Source: Calditrichia bacterium (GTDB taxonomy: Bacteria > Calditrichota > Calditrichia > JAJRVZ01). From it: a stretch of DNA of 64,000 nucleotides. This document shows, in pieces, positions 8,999-20,400 of this stretch. The stretch lies in contig CAVXXB010000006.1 in NCBI GenBank assembly GCA_963765585.1, positions 68,007-132,006 of the forward strand, in the 5' to 3' direction. The notes under the pieces are model-generated. The model worked only from the letters and a program-made list of their open reading frames with translations. It was not told the origin of the DNA and made no database searches. Position 1 is the first letter of the stretch. Every line of letters starts with the position of its first letter. A program made the position numbers and the translations under genes.

Positions 8999-10092
8999 AT
9001 TTTTACCTCACCGAATATTTTTGGTCTGGTTTTACGGTTTATGATCGGTGTAAATGCATTCATCAACAGAATTGAGTACATCACACCCTCGGGTACCCCG
9101 CCAAATAACCTGATCACGATAAGAATGATACCTGCGCCAATACCAAATATATAGGATCCGCGCGGCGTGATCGGTGATGTTACCATGTCAGTAGCCATAA
9201 AGAAAGCACCTAACATTAAACCACCTGAGAGAAGATGAAACAATGGATTCGCATAATCCTCAGGTGACGTTAGCCAAAAGATACCACTCAGGATAAATAC
9301 GGTACCAATATAGCTGACAGGGATGCGCCAGTCGGCATATTTTCTGATCAACAAAAATGCACCACCCAATATAACGGCCAGGGCAGAAGTTTCTCCCAGC
9401 GAACCTGCGATATTACCTACCAACAGATCGTTATACCCTGTCAGAATTTTCTCAAATTTGAATATCCCCAGAGGTGTCGCTGCCGTAACCGCATCAACCG
9501 CAGCAAATTTTTCCGTTTGCGGAAAAGTCCATGTTGTCATGGCAACGGGAAAACTGGCCTGGAGAAATGCACGACCCAGCAATGCCGGATTAAAAATATT
9601 ATATCCCAGACCACCAAATACCTGTTTGCCGATCGCAACGGCAAAGATCGAGCCCAGTATTGCCGCACTCAGGGGTAATGAAGGCGGAAGCGTCAATGCC
9701 AGTAACAAGCCGGTAATGGCAGCACTGCCATCACCAATTGTGAAGGATTCGCCCTTCATTTTGTTCATCAGCATTTCTGTTAAAAGCGCCGTGATGATAC
9801 AGACTGTAATTAAAATTGCAGCTGACATACCGAAATAATAAACGGCCATGGCTGATGCCGGTACTAAAGCGGCAACTACTGACCACATTATTTTAGGTAC
9901 GCTATCCGTTGTTACAAAATGAGGTGAAGAGGAAATCAACAGAGGTGTGCCCTCTGGTTTCCACAATTTTGCTCTGGGATCCGGTTTTGGTTTTGGAGCA
10001 GGTGGTGTTGGTTTTTCCACTACCGCCTGTACAGGTTTCTCTTCCGGAACTGGTTTTTCTTGCGCTTCTTCAGATGTTTTATTCGTTTCCAT
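8995..10092 (-). CDS. rnfD: Rnf complex subunit D
   Basis: 365-aa polytopic membrane protein of the RnfD/NqrB family, with a proline/lysine-rich N-terminal extension. Confidence 0.8.
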   Translation of the reverse strand: METNKTSEEAQEKPVPEEKPVQAVVEKPTPPAPKPKPDPRAKLWKPEGTPLLISSSPHFVTTDSVPKIMWSVVAALVPASAMAVYYFGMSAAILITVCIITALLTEMLMNKMKGESFTIGDGSAAITGLLLALTLPPSLPLSAAILGSIFAVAIGKQVFGGLGYNIFNPALLGRAFLQASFPVAMTTWTFPQTEKFAAVDAVTAATPLGIFKFEKILTGYNDLLVGNIAGSLGETSALAVILGGAFLLIRKYADWRIPVSYIGTVFILSGIFWLTSPEDYANPLFHLLSGGLMLGAFFMATDMVTSPITPRGSYIFGIGAGIILIVIRLFGGVPEGVMYSILLMNAFTPIINRKTRPKIFGEVKI

Positions 10093-10105
10093 TTGATCTC
10101 TCTAA

Positions 10106-11467
10106 CTAGGCAACTTTTTTGCGTTTATTTTCGGTAACTTTCATTTTGCCAACCCTGATCCACTGTACAAGCGGTATATGAGACGGGCAAACATACGCAC
10201 ATGAGCCACATTCAATACAGTTTAAAATTCCAAGATTATTCGCTTCATCCCATTGTGCCATTTCAGAAAAACTTGCCAGACGGGTCGGCAGTAAATTCAT
10301 CGGACAGGCCAGGACACAACTTCCGCATTGGATACATGGGTACGTTTTGGATTTATTGATTGTGGATTCTGTTTTGCATACAATACCACTGGTAGCCTTT
10401 ACCACTGGAACGGATAATTCATATTGGGCAAATCCCATCATAGGGCCACCCATAAATATCTCGACCGTTTTTTCGTCAAGTCCGCCACAAAAATCAATGA
10501 CTGAGCGGAATGGCGTTCCAATCCGGGTCAGAACATTTTTTGGCTCTTTGATCCCTTCTCCGGTAACCGTGACTACGCGTTCAATCAGCGGCTTACCATC
10601 CAGAATTGCATCGGCAACTGAGAGTGCGGTGCCTACATTGTTAACTACAGTGCCCACATCCATCGGCAATCCACCGGCAGGAACTCTTCGTTTAACAACT
10701 GCTTCGATTAGCATTTTTTCGGCACCCTGGGGGTATTTTACTTTTAATGGAATTACTTTATAGGGTAGTTTTTTTGCGGCGATCAGTTCGGACATATGCT
10801 TGATCGCATCGGGCTTGTTATTTTCAATACCGATATATCCATTTTCCGTGCCAAGCACTTTCATAATGATTGCCATGCCAATCAGCATTTTTTCACCCAT
10901 TTCCAGCATAGCACGATGATCGGCTGTCAGATAAGGCTCACATTCTACACCATTGAGAATAAAAGTATCAATTTTTTTCTCTCTGGGCGGGGCAAGTTTT
11001 ACGTGAGTGGGAAATGCAGCACCACCAAGGCCCACGATACCGGCATGCCAGATTGCGTCACGCAACTTTTCAATCGGGGTATTCTGCCAATCATCAAATG
11101 CCGGCAGTTTTTCCCATTCATCATCACCTGTGCGCTCGATATGTATCATAGTGACTTTCATTCCCAGCGGATGCAGGAATGAATCAACCGCTTTAACCTT
11201 TCCTGTTACGGATGCATGAACCGGACTGGAAACAAATTTTTCACTTTCTCCAATCACCTGACCGGTTTTTACCTCAGCCCCTTTTTCCACCAGTGGTTCG
11301 CCGGGAACTCCAATATGCTGCTGGAGAGGGATAAATACCTCTTCCGGCACCGGCATTACTTCAATGGGTTTCTGATTGGTATATTCCTTATGATCATGCG
11401 GATGCACACCCTTTTTAAAAGTCGGTAATTTCAATCTGTTTCCTCTCTTTATATATAGCTGAACCAA
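10106..11467 (-). CDS. rnfC: Rnf complex subunit C (NADH-binding, 2x[4Fe-4S])
   Basis: 453 aa. C-terminal CIQCGSCVLACP and CIECGSCAYVCP ferredoxin motifs. First gene of rnfCDGEAB. Confidence 0.85.
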   Translation of the reverse strand: MVQLYIKRGNRLKLPTFKKGVHPHDHKEYTNQKPIEVMPVPEEVFIPLQQHIGVPGEPLVEKGAEVKTGQVIGESEKFVSSPVHASVTGKVKAVDSFLHPLGMKVTMIHIERTGDDEWEKLPAFDDWQNTPIEKLRDAIWHAGIVGLGGAAFPTHVKLAPPREKKIDTFILNGVECEPYLTADHRAMLEMGEKMLIGMAIIMKVLGTENGYIGIENNKPDAIKHMSELIAAKKLPYKVIPLKVKYPQGAEKMLIEAVVKRRVPAGGLPMDVGTVVNNVGTALSVADAILDGKPLIERVVTVTGEGIKEPKNVLTRIGTPFRSVIDFCGGLDEKTVEIFMGGPMMGFAQYELSVPVVKATSGIVCKTESTINKSKTYPCIQCGSCVLACPMNLLPTRLASFSEMAQWDEANNLGILNCIECGSCAYVCPSHIPLVQWIRVGKMKVTENKRKKVA

Positions 11468-11545
11468 CGCGGAATAGTATGCAAATTTAACGCCAAGTAA
11501 TTTAAATCTATATTTTTCAACATGTTGAGTTGTTTTGTACTTAAA

Positions 11546-11558
11546 TTATAGTACACAA
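11546..11558 (-). promoter_or_regulatory. Candidate extended -10 promoter element (TGTGTACTATAAT on the minus strand) upstream of rnfC
   Basis: The reverse complement of 11546..11558 reads TGtgTAcTATAAT, about 80 nt upstream of the rnfC start. No clear -35 at canonical spacing. Confidence 0.25.
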
Positions 11559-11599
11559 TTTTTCTCAATTTTGCGAAAATAATAAGATGGAATTTACAG

Positions 11600-12390
11600 C
11601 TTCAGGAATTAATTTCAAAGAGAAAGTGGATACGGGGCACAGGGTGCGGGATTCAGGAGACAAGATGCCGGATGCTGGATACTGGATGCTCGTCACTGGG
11701 CACTCGGCACTGGCCAAATCATGGAATATTTGGCCCCGATTTACCGACCGGAGAGAGGTGTTGTTATCGGGAATGCTGGATTCTCGGTACTGGATGAAAA
11801 AAGGTTTCCATACTACCCATTAAAAAAAGCCCCGAAGGGGCTAAACATTCTAGCCGCGGGCAACGCCCGCGGTACAGGATCCATCCACAGCCCATAACCC
11901 CGAAGGGGTTAAATAATAATTTACACGACGGGAGGATCCTGCGAGATGACAGACCAGAAAACAGGATGCAGGATTCTCGGTTCTAGGCACTTGGTACTGG
12001 CACTCGCTTCTCATTTCCGGATGCTTGCCGTTGAATGGGTATAATAATTCCGTATGACTGGAATAAAAATGCATTGTTATTGCTCATCTACCGTTTACAA
12101 AAGCCCCGAAGGGGCTAAACAATTCTAGCCGTGGGCGTAGCCCACGGTGGAAGATCCACCCACAACCCATAACCCCGAAGGGGTTAAATAATTGACCACC
12201 CATCGGGAAGATTCCTGCGGAATGACATGGCGGGATTCAAGATACAGGATCCAGGCTTCAGGTCCCAGGTTTAGGATCACCGAGTGGTCCTGGAGCCTGG
12301 TACCTTACTCCTTGGTCCTTGTACCTTGAGCCTAGAACCTACCTGTATCCTGTATCCTGCATCCTGAATCTATTCCTCCGCCTCTGGCTT
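11600..12390. repeat. Second array of the ~256-bp structured repeat family: 2 units (hairpin blocks start at ~11825 and ~12099) plus flanking heptamer tracts
   Basis: Carries the same AAAAGCCCCGAAGGGGCTAAA, GCCGCGGGC..GCCCGCGG, AACCCCGAAGGGGTT and ..CTGCG..ATGACA hairpins as the 4205..5640 array. Confidence 0.85.
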
Positions 12391-12496
12391 CAACACAAAC
12401 TGTGCCACATTTTTTTCATCAAAGTATTTTTCAGCCGTGGCACGAATGGTCTCACGATCCAACTTGTTAACATACATCTCCTGATATTTGAGAATG

Positions 12497-15194
12497 TCAA
12501 GTGGATCCCAACCATAATAATAATAAGTTTCCAGTCTTGTTTAGCCAGAATTTATTTTCTTTTTCGCTCTTTTCGCGTGCCCTTAGTTGAGATTCTTTAA
12601 CCTTTGTCAGATATAATTCGTCAACAAGTTCTGTTTTCAAACTGTCAATTTGTTTATTTACATTTTCCACCAGTTCTTCCACGCGGGATGGATCGCAACC
12701 AAATGATACGATAATGCGGTACGTCTGTCTCGGGTATCGGGAACTAAAAGCACTGGCACCAACACTATACGTACCTCCCAATTGCTCACGCAAAACTTCA
12801 CGAAGTTTAATCTGCAGTACCTGTGCCATCGATCTCAGACGATAGTCATTTAAGGCTGACCATTCAAAGTCACCGGTATATTGGATCTGGACCTCGCTCT
12901 GCTCTTCAATGCCCTTTTTAACAACTTTTTGAATGATTCCTTCCGGCGTTTTAATTTCTGTGTCTTCCCACTCTTCTTTCCGGTTCATATCTGGTAGATT
13001 TGCCAGGTAGGTTTCAACAAACGGCTTTAAGGAATCAGGCGTAAAATTCCCGACAAAAATAAAAGTAAAATCACTGGCATCCGCAAAACGATCTTTATAA
13101 ATAGCCAGCGACTTATTAATATCCATTTCAGCGAATAATTCTTCAGTCCAGGGTCTGCGCCGGGGATGATACTGTGCCATGGTCAATTGAATGGTGTCCT
13201 GAAATGCAGATTTTGGATCGGCGTGTCTGTTTTTTATATACTCCTGAAGCCGGTATCTATAAGAGGCAAACGCCGTACTGTCTACCCGCGGTGAATAAAA
13301 ATAAAGATAGATCAGTTGAAACATCGTCTCCAGATCCTGTGGGGAAGCCGATCCCATGAAGCCTTCTTCCAGTTCCCCGATCCATGGTGTAACTCGTGCT
13401 ATTTTTCCTGTGAGTAATTTCCCCAGTTCAATCATACTAAAATCAGAGATACCGGATTGTTTAATGATCGCCGTGGCACTCACTGCCGGAACATAATCTT
13501 TATTATCAACCAGAGAGTTTCCTCCGGGACTTGAGGCTGTAAATAAAATTTCATCATTTTTAAATTCAGTCGGTTTGAGGATTACTTTAATGCCATTTGC
13601 CAATTGCCATTCGGTTACATCAATGCCTGCAATATATTTTTCACCCGTAATAGTCACCGGTTTCAATTCTTTATCAAAAAGTGGTGTGTCTTTTAATTTA
13701 TCTTCATATGCAGTAATTTCCATTGCCGCAACGGCCTTGTAGACATTGGCCAATTCATCCTCTGTGGGTATAATTAAACCTTCCTTTTCCGGGGCAGTTA
13801 CAGTAATTACCCGGCTCTTTACCGACATCCATTGTTCACCCAGATGATTTATTTCCTCTAATGTAATTTGTGGTAAAAAGAACTTTTGATATGCAAACTC
13901 TGTCTCAATACCAGGGATAGGTTCGGCACTCAGAAAGTTCCGGATATACTCGGCAGCATACTGACCCGATTCCGATTTATCCCGTTCGGCATATGACTGC
14001 TCCATTCGGCGTAACATAGCCGTTTTTGATCGATCCAGTTCTGATTGTGTAAAACCATGTTTCTTTACCCGCTCCGATTCTATCAATACTGCTTCCAGAC
14101 CCGCCAGGATTCCATCATCTTTTACCGATGCGCTCAGGGTGTAGGCATCTTTTGTCCTGACAAATCCTCCTTTTGATGACATCGCATATAGAAATGGAGG
14201 TTCCGGTTGCTGTAAAAGTTCCTGGAATCTGCGATTCAACATAGAATTATACAAATTCTCTACCAGCATACGCCGGTAGTCGCCGATTTTACTCTCCTCT
14301 TGTCCTTCCAGTTTATGATACACACGTAATGCGGTTCCGGTTGCCTCTGGATCTGTCGCAATGGCAAAAAGTGTTTCGTCATGATCCGGCACCGTATATA
14401 CGGTTCGTTCAGCAGCATCATCTGCGAGTGTAAGACGGCTAAAATGAGTCTTAATTTTTTGCTCGATATAATCAGGATCAAAATCTCCAACCGCTACAAC
14501 GGCCATCAGATCAGGGCGGTACCATTTTTTATAAAACTGGCGCAATGTTTCATGATCAAAATTTTCAATAATATCCATTTTACCAATAGGTAATCTTTCA
14601 GCATAGCGTGAATCATGCAAAATTACCGGCAGTACTTTATCAAATAAGCGGGCACCGGCGCCTCTTGCGTAACCGCCATTCTTCAATTATCACACCCCGT
14701 TCCTTGTCAATTTCTTCACCTTCCATGGAAATCTGGTGCGCCCAGTCCTCCAGTATCTGAAACGCCTTGTTCATAATTGATACGCTGTCAGTGGGAATTT
14801 GCAGCATATATACGGTTTCATCAAAGCTGGTATACGCATTTAAATCCGGACCAAAGCGCATACCGATTGATTCCAGATAATCCACCAATTCGTGTTTTTG
14901 AAAATTCTGTGTTCCGTTAAATGCCATGTGCTCGAGAAAATGAGCGAGTCCCTGCTGGTCGTCATCTTCCAAAACTGATCCTGCATTTAAAACCAAACGA
15001 AGCTCGGCCCTGTTCTCCGGTTTTTTATTCACTCTGATGTAATAAGTCAATCCATTATCCAGTTTTTCGATTTTAATATCGGGACTTACCGGAATTTTAT
15101 CTTCGATATTAAATTCCTGAGCGGAAAGGGTCAAAAAAGACAAAAGAAAAAAGACAAAAGAAAAAAGTAGAACAATTGACAATCTGGTTTTCAT
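12497..15194 (-). CDS. M16-family zinc peptidase (pitrilysin/insulinase-like), interrupted by a frameshift near 14655..14665
   Basis: The N-terminal ORF (14640..15194) has a signal peptide and the HxxEH zinc motif (HFLEHMAFNGT). The 729-aa ORF (12497..14686) continues in frame +1. The junction reads EEWRLR | GAGARLFD, consistent with a single-base indel in ttacgcaAgaggc. Confidence 0.75.
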
Positions 15195-15442
15195 TGATAT
15201 TTACTCCTGGGTTTTTATCGCTAAACGAAAGATTTGATGTAGAGTTTCAAATACATGTAATTACTGAAGATAATATGAAAGATATTCACCTTAAGTTCAA
15301 TTTATACGCGGTTTATTATTCAATTTAAAAAAAATAATACGTCATTCCGAACTTGTTTCGGAATCTAAATTTCAGACCCTGAACCAAGTTCAGGGTGACG
15401 GATTCGAGATTCCTAAAAAATGTGCGTGCTAATTTAATTTTT

Positions 15443-16651
15443 CTATTTCTTTTTTTTACCCGCCAGTTTAACCACTTCATTCATAATTTTTTCTGCCACC
15501 TGGGTTTTCTTGAGCATGGGCAGATCCACAGGCTTTCCGCCTTTTTTTATTATTGTTACCCGGTTTGTTTCGCTGGCAAATGCCGCTGCATCTTCGGTTG
15601 GATTATTCAGAACAATCATATCCAGATTTTTGTTCTTCATCTTCCTTCGCGCATTTTCAACCTCGTTATCCGTTTCTAATGCAAAGCCGATAAGAATCCT
15701 GTGTCCTTTGCGTTTCCCGGCCTCGGCCAGTATATCCGGATTTGCTACCAGGGCAATATCAATTTCCTTTTTATCTTTTTTCATTTTGCGAAACAGCACA
15801 TTCTTGGCGCGATAGTCAGAAACGGCCGCATTGGCAATTAAAATATCGACATCATCCAGGTTTTCGAATACCGCATCATACATATCTTCCGCACCACTTA
15901 CCGGATAGTATTCCATCCCGGGTGGCGGTATTAGGTTGTTTGGACCGGATACTAATTTGACCCGTGCGCCGCGGTAAAAAGCCTCTGCAGCGAGAGCAAA
16001 TCCCATTTTGCCTGAAGACCTGTTGGTGATAATCCGAACCGGATCGATTTCTTCTTCAGTGCGACCCGCGGTGACCATAACAGTTTTCCCTGCAAGATCT
16101 TTTTTAACCGTCATGGCATATTTCAACCAATGTAAAAGAACCGGCAAATCCGGAAGCCGTCCCGTACCTGTATATCCACAAGCCAGATCCCCTTCATCCG
16201 GATCTACAATCACATATCCATTTTGAGACAGACGTTCCAGATTATTTTGTACCGCTGGATTGGCCCACATATTTGAGTTCATCGCCGGGGCAATTACGGT
16301 CTTAGACCAGGCCGCAAGACAGACAGTACTCAGCAAATCATCACCGATACCGTTTGCAATTTTTGCGATTATATTCGCAGTTGCCGGGGCAATCAAAACA
16401 ATATCGGCCCAGTCAGCCAGATCAATATGCACCGTTGCACTGAATTCATTTTCAGGGAACAGATTGGTATGTACCTTCCTGCCAATCAGTGTCTCCATAG
16501 TCAGAGGGGTAATGAATTTTTGGGCGGATTGGGTCATGATTATTTCAACTTCTGCCCCGGAACGTATCAGATGCCGGACTAATTCCGCACACTTATATGC
16601 AGCGATTCCACCACTGATACCTACTAGTATTTTTTTATTTTCGAAACTCAT
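15443..16651 (-). CDS. coaBC: Bifunctional phosphopantothenoylcysteine decarboxylase / phosphopantothenate-cysteine ligase
   Basis: 402 aa. N-terminal flavoprotein motif ILVGISGGIAAYK plus a C-terminal CoaB domain. Confidence 0.85.
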   Translation of the reverse strand: MSFENKKILVGISGGIAAYKCAELVRHLIRSGAEVEIIMTQSAQKFITPLTMETLIGRKVHTNLFPENEFSATVHIDLADWADIVLIAPATANIIAKIANGIGDDLLSTVCLAAWSKTVIAPAMNSNMWANPAVQNNLERLSQNGYVIVDPDEGDLACGYTGTGRLPDLPVLLHWLKYAMTVKKDLAGKTVMVTAGRTEEEIDPVRIITNRSSGKMGFALAAEAFYRGARVKLVSGPNNLIPPPGMEYYPVSGAEDMYDAVFENLDDVDILIANAAVSDYRAKNVLFRKMKKDKKEIDIALVANPDILAEAGKRKGHRILIGFALETDNEVENARRKMKNKNLDMIVLNNPTEDAAAFASETNRVTIIKKGGKPVDLPMLKKTQVAEKIMNEVVKLAGKKKK

Positions 16652-16655
16652 GTTC

Positions 16656-17213
16656 TCACCTGTTGTTAATGATTTCTTCGATCTGCTCGATCGTGTGTTT
16701 TAAGGTGTCATTTACCACAGTATGATCAAATTTATCGGCATAAGATAATTCCATTTCAATCCGTTCTAAACGTTTTCGGATTGTTTCTTCGTCTTCACTT
16801 TTCCGGTTGCGGAGCCTGTTCAACAATTCTTCATGCGAAGGCGCATTTATAAATATCAGAATAGCATCCGGATATTTGTTTTTAATTGACATTGCGCCTT
16901 TAACATCAATATCAAATACAATCGATTTACCCTGCGAATGCAATTCTTCGATTATGCTCTTCAGTGTGCCATAATAGTTGCCGTGCACTTCTTCATATTC
17001 GACAAAATTTCCTTTGTCGATATTCTCCCTGAACTCCTCAGCAGTTAAAAAATAATAGTCGAAACCCTCTTTCTCCTGTGGACGACGATTTCTCGTTGTC
17101 GCAGAGATGGAGATGACCATTTCTTTATGTTTCTCAACCAGATTCCGCGCAATTGTTGTCTTTCCTGCTCCGGATGGGGCAGAGAGTACAACATATTTTC
17201 CATTTTTTTTCAT
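16656..17213 (-). CDS. gmk: Guanylate kinase
   Basis: 185 aa. P-loop LSAPSGAGKTT and guanylate-kinase fold motifs. Confidence 0.85.
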   Translation of the reverse strand: MKKNGKYVVLSAPSGAGKTTIARNLVEKHKEMVISISATTRNRRPQEKEGFDYYFLTAEEFRENIDKGNFVEYEEVHGNYYGTLKSIIEELHSQGKSIVFDIDVKGAMSIKNKYPDAILIFINAPSHEELLNRLRNRKSEDEETIRKRLERIEMELSYADKFDHTVVNDTLKHTIEQIEEIINNR

Positions 17214-18100
17214 TCCAGATTCTGAACCTGTTCGCGTAATTTTTCGATTTCTTCTTTTATACCAATCACTTTATGTGAGACTGAGGTATCGGTTGTTTTA
17301 GAACCGATTGTATTTGTTTCCCGTAACATCTCCTGTAAGATAAAGGTCAATGATTTTCCGACCTCCGGTTTATTCTCCAAAACATCCCGGAACATATCGA
17401 TATGGCTTTTTAATCTTGTACACTCTTCTGTGATATCCACACGATCTGCGATTAAGGCCAATTCAAGTTCCAGGCGATCTTTATCAACATCCCCTTTTGT
17501 AATTAAATCATTTATACGCTGATGTAGTTTTTCTAATTCCCGTCTGGGATTTTCTGTGCCTTTTTTTTCAATCTCTGTGAGTGCATCCTCAATCATATTA
17601 AGTCGTTTGACAATATCAGGCTGAATATTCAGAAATTCTTTTACCCGCATCTCATTCATATTAATGAGTGCGTTTTTGACGACTTCCATCAGGCTTTTCT
17701 CAATTTCCTTGTCTTCAGAATCCGATTCCTCCGGTTCCCAGAATTCTTTTAGCGCCAGCAAATGATTTAAGGAAATATCTTCTTTAATACCGGTGTGTTT
17801 TTTTAACATTTCCAGAAAATGATAATACTCTTTTACCGAATCTTCATTTATTGATAATCCTACCGAAGTCTCAGCAAGATCCTTGAATGAAACTGACAAT
17901 GCTATTTTACCTCTTGCCACATGTTTTTTAATCAATTCTTTAATTTTGAATTCGTAAGGTAATATTTTTTTGGGCATGCGCATGTTAATATCCGCATAGC
18001 GGTTATTCAAATTTCTAATTTCAACAACAATCTCGAAATGATCATTTTTAAATTCCGCTTTTCCATATCCAGTCATACTTCGGGCCATAGACACCAACAA
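17210..18100 (-). CDS. yicC: YicC-family stress-induced protein (UPF0701)
   Basis: N-terminal MTGYG motif. 296 aa. Conserved yicC-gmk neighbourhood. Confidence 0.75.
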   Translation of the reverse strand: MLVSMARSMTGYGKAEFKNDHFEIVVEIRNLNNRYADINMRMPKKILPYEFKIKELIKKHVARGKIALSVSFKDLAETSVGLSINEDSVKEYYHFLEMLKKHTGIKEDISLNHLLALKEFWEPEESDSEDKEIEKSLMEVVKNALINMNEMRVKEFLNIQPDIVKRLNMIEDALTEIEKKGTENPRRELEKLHQRINDLITKGDVDKDRLELELALIADRVDITEECTRLKSHIDMFRDVLENKPEVGKSLTFILQEMLRETNTIGSKTTDTSVSHKVIGIKEEIEKLREQVQNLE

Positions 18101-18308
18101 TTTTATGTGATTTGTCTGTAAATTAGGTAAATTGTAAAGATTAAAAATTTAAGTAAATCGCGATTGAAATGCAAAGTACGTAAATTTTGATAAATATTAT
18201 ATTTAGGATGGGAAATTTTTCTCTCGCAGAGACGCACAAAAACAAAATTAGAGATTAGGAGAATTAGAGATTAGAGATTTTAAATCAGAAAAATATAAAG
18301 TTTCCTTG

Positions 18309-18328
18309 CCCCAGGATTAATCCTGGGG
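18309..18328. promoter_or_regulatory. Perfect 20-bp palindrome CCCCAGGATTAATCCTGGGG (copy 1) in the yicC/rqcH divergent region
   Basis: Exact palindrome. A second identical copy lies 167 bp downstream. Confidence 0.35.
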
Positions 18329-18475
18329 TAAAAGTCAGATGGATTTGTAGTCACTAATTTCAATGAGCAAAGATTAAAGTTCAAAGCAATATTTTATTTA
18401 AAAATTTTTAAGCTATTTAAAAAAAATAGTTATCAGCAAAAGGCATTCTATTTTAAATCTCCTTACCCCAGGATT

Positions 18476-18495
18476 AATCCTGGGGCAATTCAATC
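18476..18495. promoter_or_regulatory. Perfect 20-bp palindrome CCCCAGGATTAATCCTGGGG (copy 2), ~135 bp upstream of the 18632 gene start
   Basis: Exact duplicate of 18309..18328. Candidate operator site or hairpin. Confidence 0.35.
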
Positions 18496-18631
18496 GGGAA
18501 TATGATTTACGAAAAGTGAGTATAATATAATTCATCTTAAAAAAATCATATATTCTTTTTAATGAAAACATTGGAAGCGACTTAATAATTTAGTATTAAA
18601 CCATTCACATAATTAGTACTATATAAAATCC

Positions 18632-20287
18632 ATGCACCGTAATTATTATACATTTGCTGCACAGATCAACTTTCTCAATCAGGTTCTCTCAGGAGGAATC
18701 ATCTCTTCCTGCTTTACCCATCGTAAAAACGAACTTGTCCTGGAAATTGAATCAGATGATGTCTACCTTCTGAGGATCAGTATTGATCAACAGTATCCAT
18801 ATATTCTGCTATATAATCAGCAGAATATTAAAGATCCCAGAATTGATTTTTTTTCACCTGTTCGCTACGAAAAAGTCTCTGCGTTAACGATCAAACCATT
18901 TGATAAATTTATCCGGATCCAGACCAGCTCGCATTTAATTAATTGTCAATTTTATGGAAAATCCGCCAATATATATCTTATTGATCAGGATAAAAATGTT
19001 ATCGATTCATTTAAGAAAAAAACATTAGAAATTAATAGCCCTGAAACACAGGATAAAATCTCTCCTGATTCCAAATTTGAGGATAGTTTACTCCACCTCA
19101 CTGAGCAAAATGTAAACATGCCCCTGGCTGACTTTATAACCAAGAATATCGCCGGATTCGACAAATTATTGGCACAGGAATTATGTTTTAGAGCGGGAGT
19201 GAGTATCACACAGACAGTCAAAGTTATCGGCCAAAATGAATGGCAAAAAATTATAGAATCGATATCTGAGATTTATAGAGAAATTATGAGTGGCCATTCA
19301 CAGATTTACTACTTACCGGGCAACATTCATACCTTTGCCCCACTTCGGCTGTTACATTTGAAAGATGTTGAGAAAGAACAGGAGTTTGAATCTGTAAACC
19401 AGGGCTGGATCCGTTATATCCATGAACAAAAAGTCAACCAGGGATTTGAAAAAAAGAAATCGGAAATACTTAAATCTATTAAAGGAAGGATCACCTATCT
19501 TAAACGTACTTTAAAAAAAGTCGTCGATGCCGAAATGCTGGAGCAAAGGAAACAGGAAGCAGAAAAAAAAGGTCATTTATTACAGACATTTGCCCATGAA
19601 ATAGCTAGAGGTGCAGAAAAAGTAGTATTAAAAAATATTTTTAGTCCGGAACAGGAAGACATCGAAATAAAATTAAATCCAGGAAAAAGTATCCAGGAAA
19701 ATGCGCAAAAATATTTCGAAAAATTTAAAAATATCGAGGAACAAAAAGAGTCCCTCTCTATTAAAAAAGACACCTATGAATTTGAACTGAAATCGGGAGA
19801 GAGTCTGTTATCACAAGCTGAAAATGCAACATCAATAAAAGATATCGAAAAATTGGAAACCGTTCTGATCGAAAAAAACATCCTACAGGAACCCAAAATA
19901 AAACAACCCGACCGGGATAATCTGGCATACTCATTTAACCGGGTATTACTGGGGAAAAAATGGGAAATTTTTATCGGGAAGAATGCAGCAAATAATGATC
20001 TTTTAACATTTAAGTTTGCACGAAAATATGATTTGTGGTTCCATGCACAGGGTGTTCCGGGGTCACATGTTATCATTCGCAAACCCGATCGTAATCACAA
20101 TCCGCCAGAGAAAATAATTGAACAAGCTGCTGCAATTGCAGCATATAATAGTGATGCAAAACATTCTTCGACCGTGCCGGTAAATCTCACTGAAGTGCGG
20201 TATGTCCGTAAACCGAGGAAGGCCGCGCCCGGTGCCGTAACTATCATAAACGAAAAAACGGTGTTTGTAAAACCGATGAAGGTTTAA
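18632..20287 (+). CDS. rqcH: NFACT-family protein (RqcH/Rqc2-like, formerly 'fibronectin-binding protein A')
   Basis: 551 aa. Coiled-coil middle region. C-terminal DUF814/NFACT-R motif WFHAQGVPGSHVIIRK. Confidence 0.65.
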   Translation: MHRNYYTFAAQINFLNQVLSGGIISSCFTHRKNELVLEIESDDVYLLRISIDQQYPYILLYNQQNIKDPRIDFFSPVRYEKVSALTIKPFDKFIRIQTSSHLINCQFYGKSANIYLIDQDKNVIDSFKKKTLEINSPETQDKISPDSKFEDSLLHLTEQNVNMPLADFITKNIAGFDKLLAQELCFRAGVSITQTVKVIGQNEWQKIIESISEIYREIMSGHSQIYYLPGNIHTFAPLRLLHLKDVEKEQEFESVNQGWIRYIHEQKVNQGFEKKKSEILKSIKGRITYLKRTLKKVVDAEMLEQRKQEAEKKGHLLQTFAHEIARGAEKVVLKNIFSPEQEDIEIKLNPGKSIQENAQKYFEKFKNIEEQKESLSIKKDTYEFELKSGESLLSQAENATSIKDIEKLETVLIEKNILQEPKIKQPDRDNLAYSFNRVLLGKKWEIFIGKNAANNDLLTFKFARKYDLWFHAQGVPGSHVIIRKPDRNHNPPEKIIEQAAAIAAYNSDAKHSSTVPVNLTEVRYVRKPRKAAPGAVTIINEKTVFVKPMKV

Positions 20288-20400
20288 GAGATATAGGCTA
20301 AATGGAAAAAAGGATAAGAGGCAAAGAGACAAAGAAAACATAACCAATAAAATTATTAGGTAGTGTCAAAAGTTCTGTAAAAAAATAAAAAACAGAATTA

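Noticed and set aside
6566-11428. Numerous 60–170-aa ORFs antisense to rnf genes and other long CDSs (e.g. 6566..6829, 7242..7448, 7763..8146, 9323..9838, 10347..10763, 39652..40053, 40247..40597)
   Set aside because: They lie fully inside well-supported genes on the opposite strand, are compositionally biased, and have no motifs. Typical shadow ORFs.
11587-12600. ORFs 11587..11823, 11850..12074 and 12319..12600 in the second repeat array
   Set aside because: Same reason: repeat-derived low-complexity translations.
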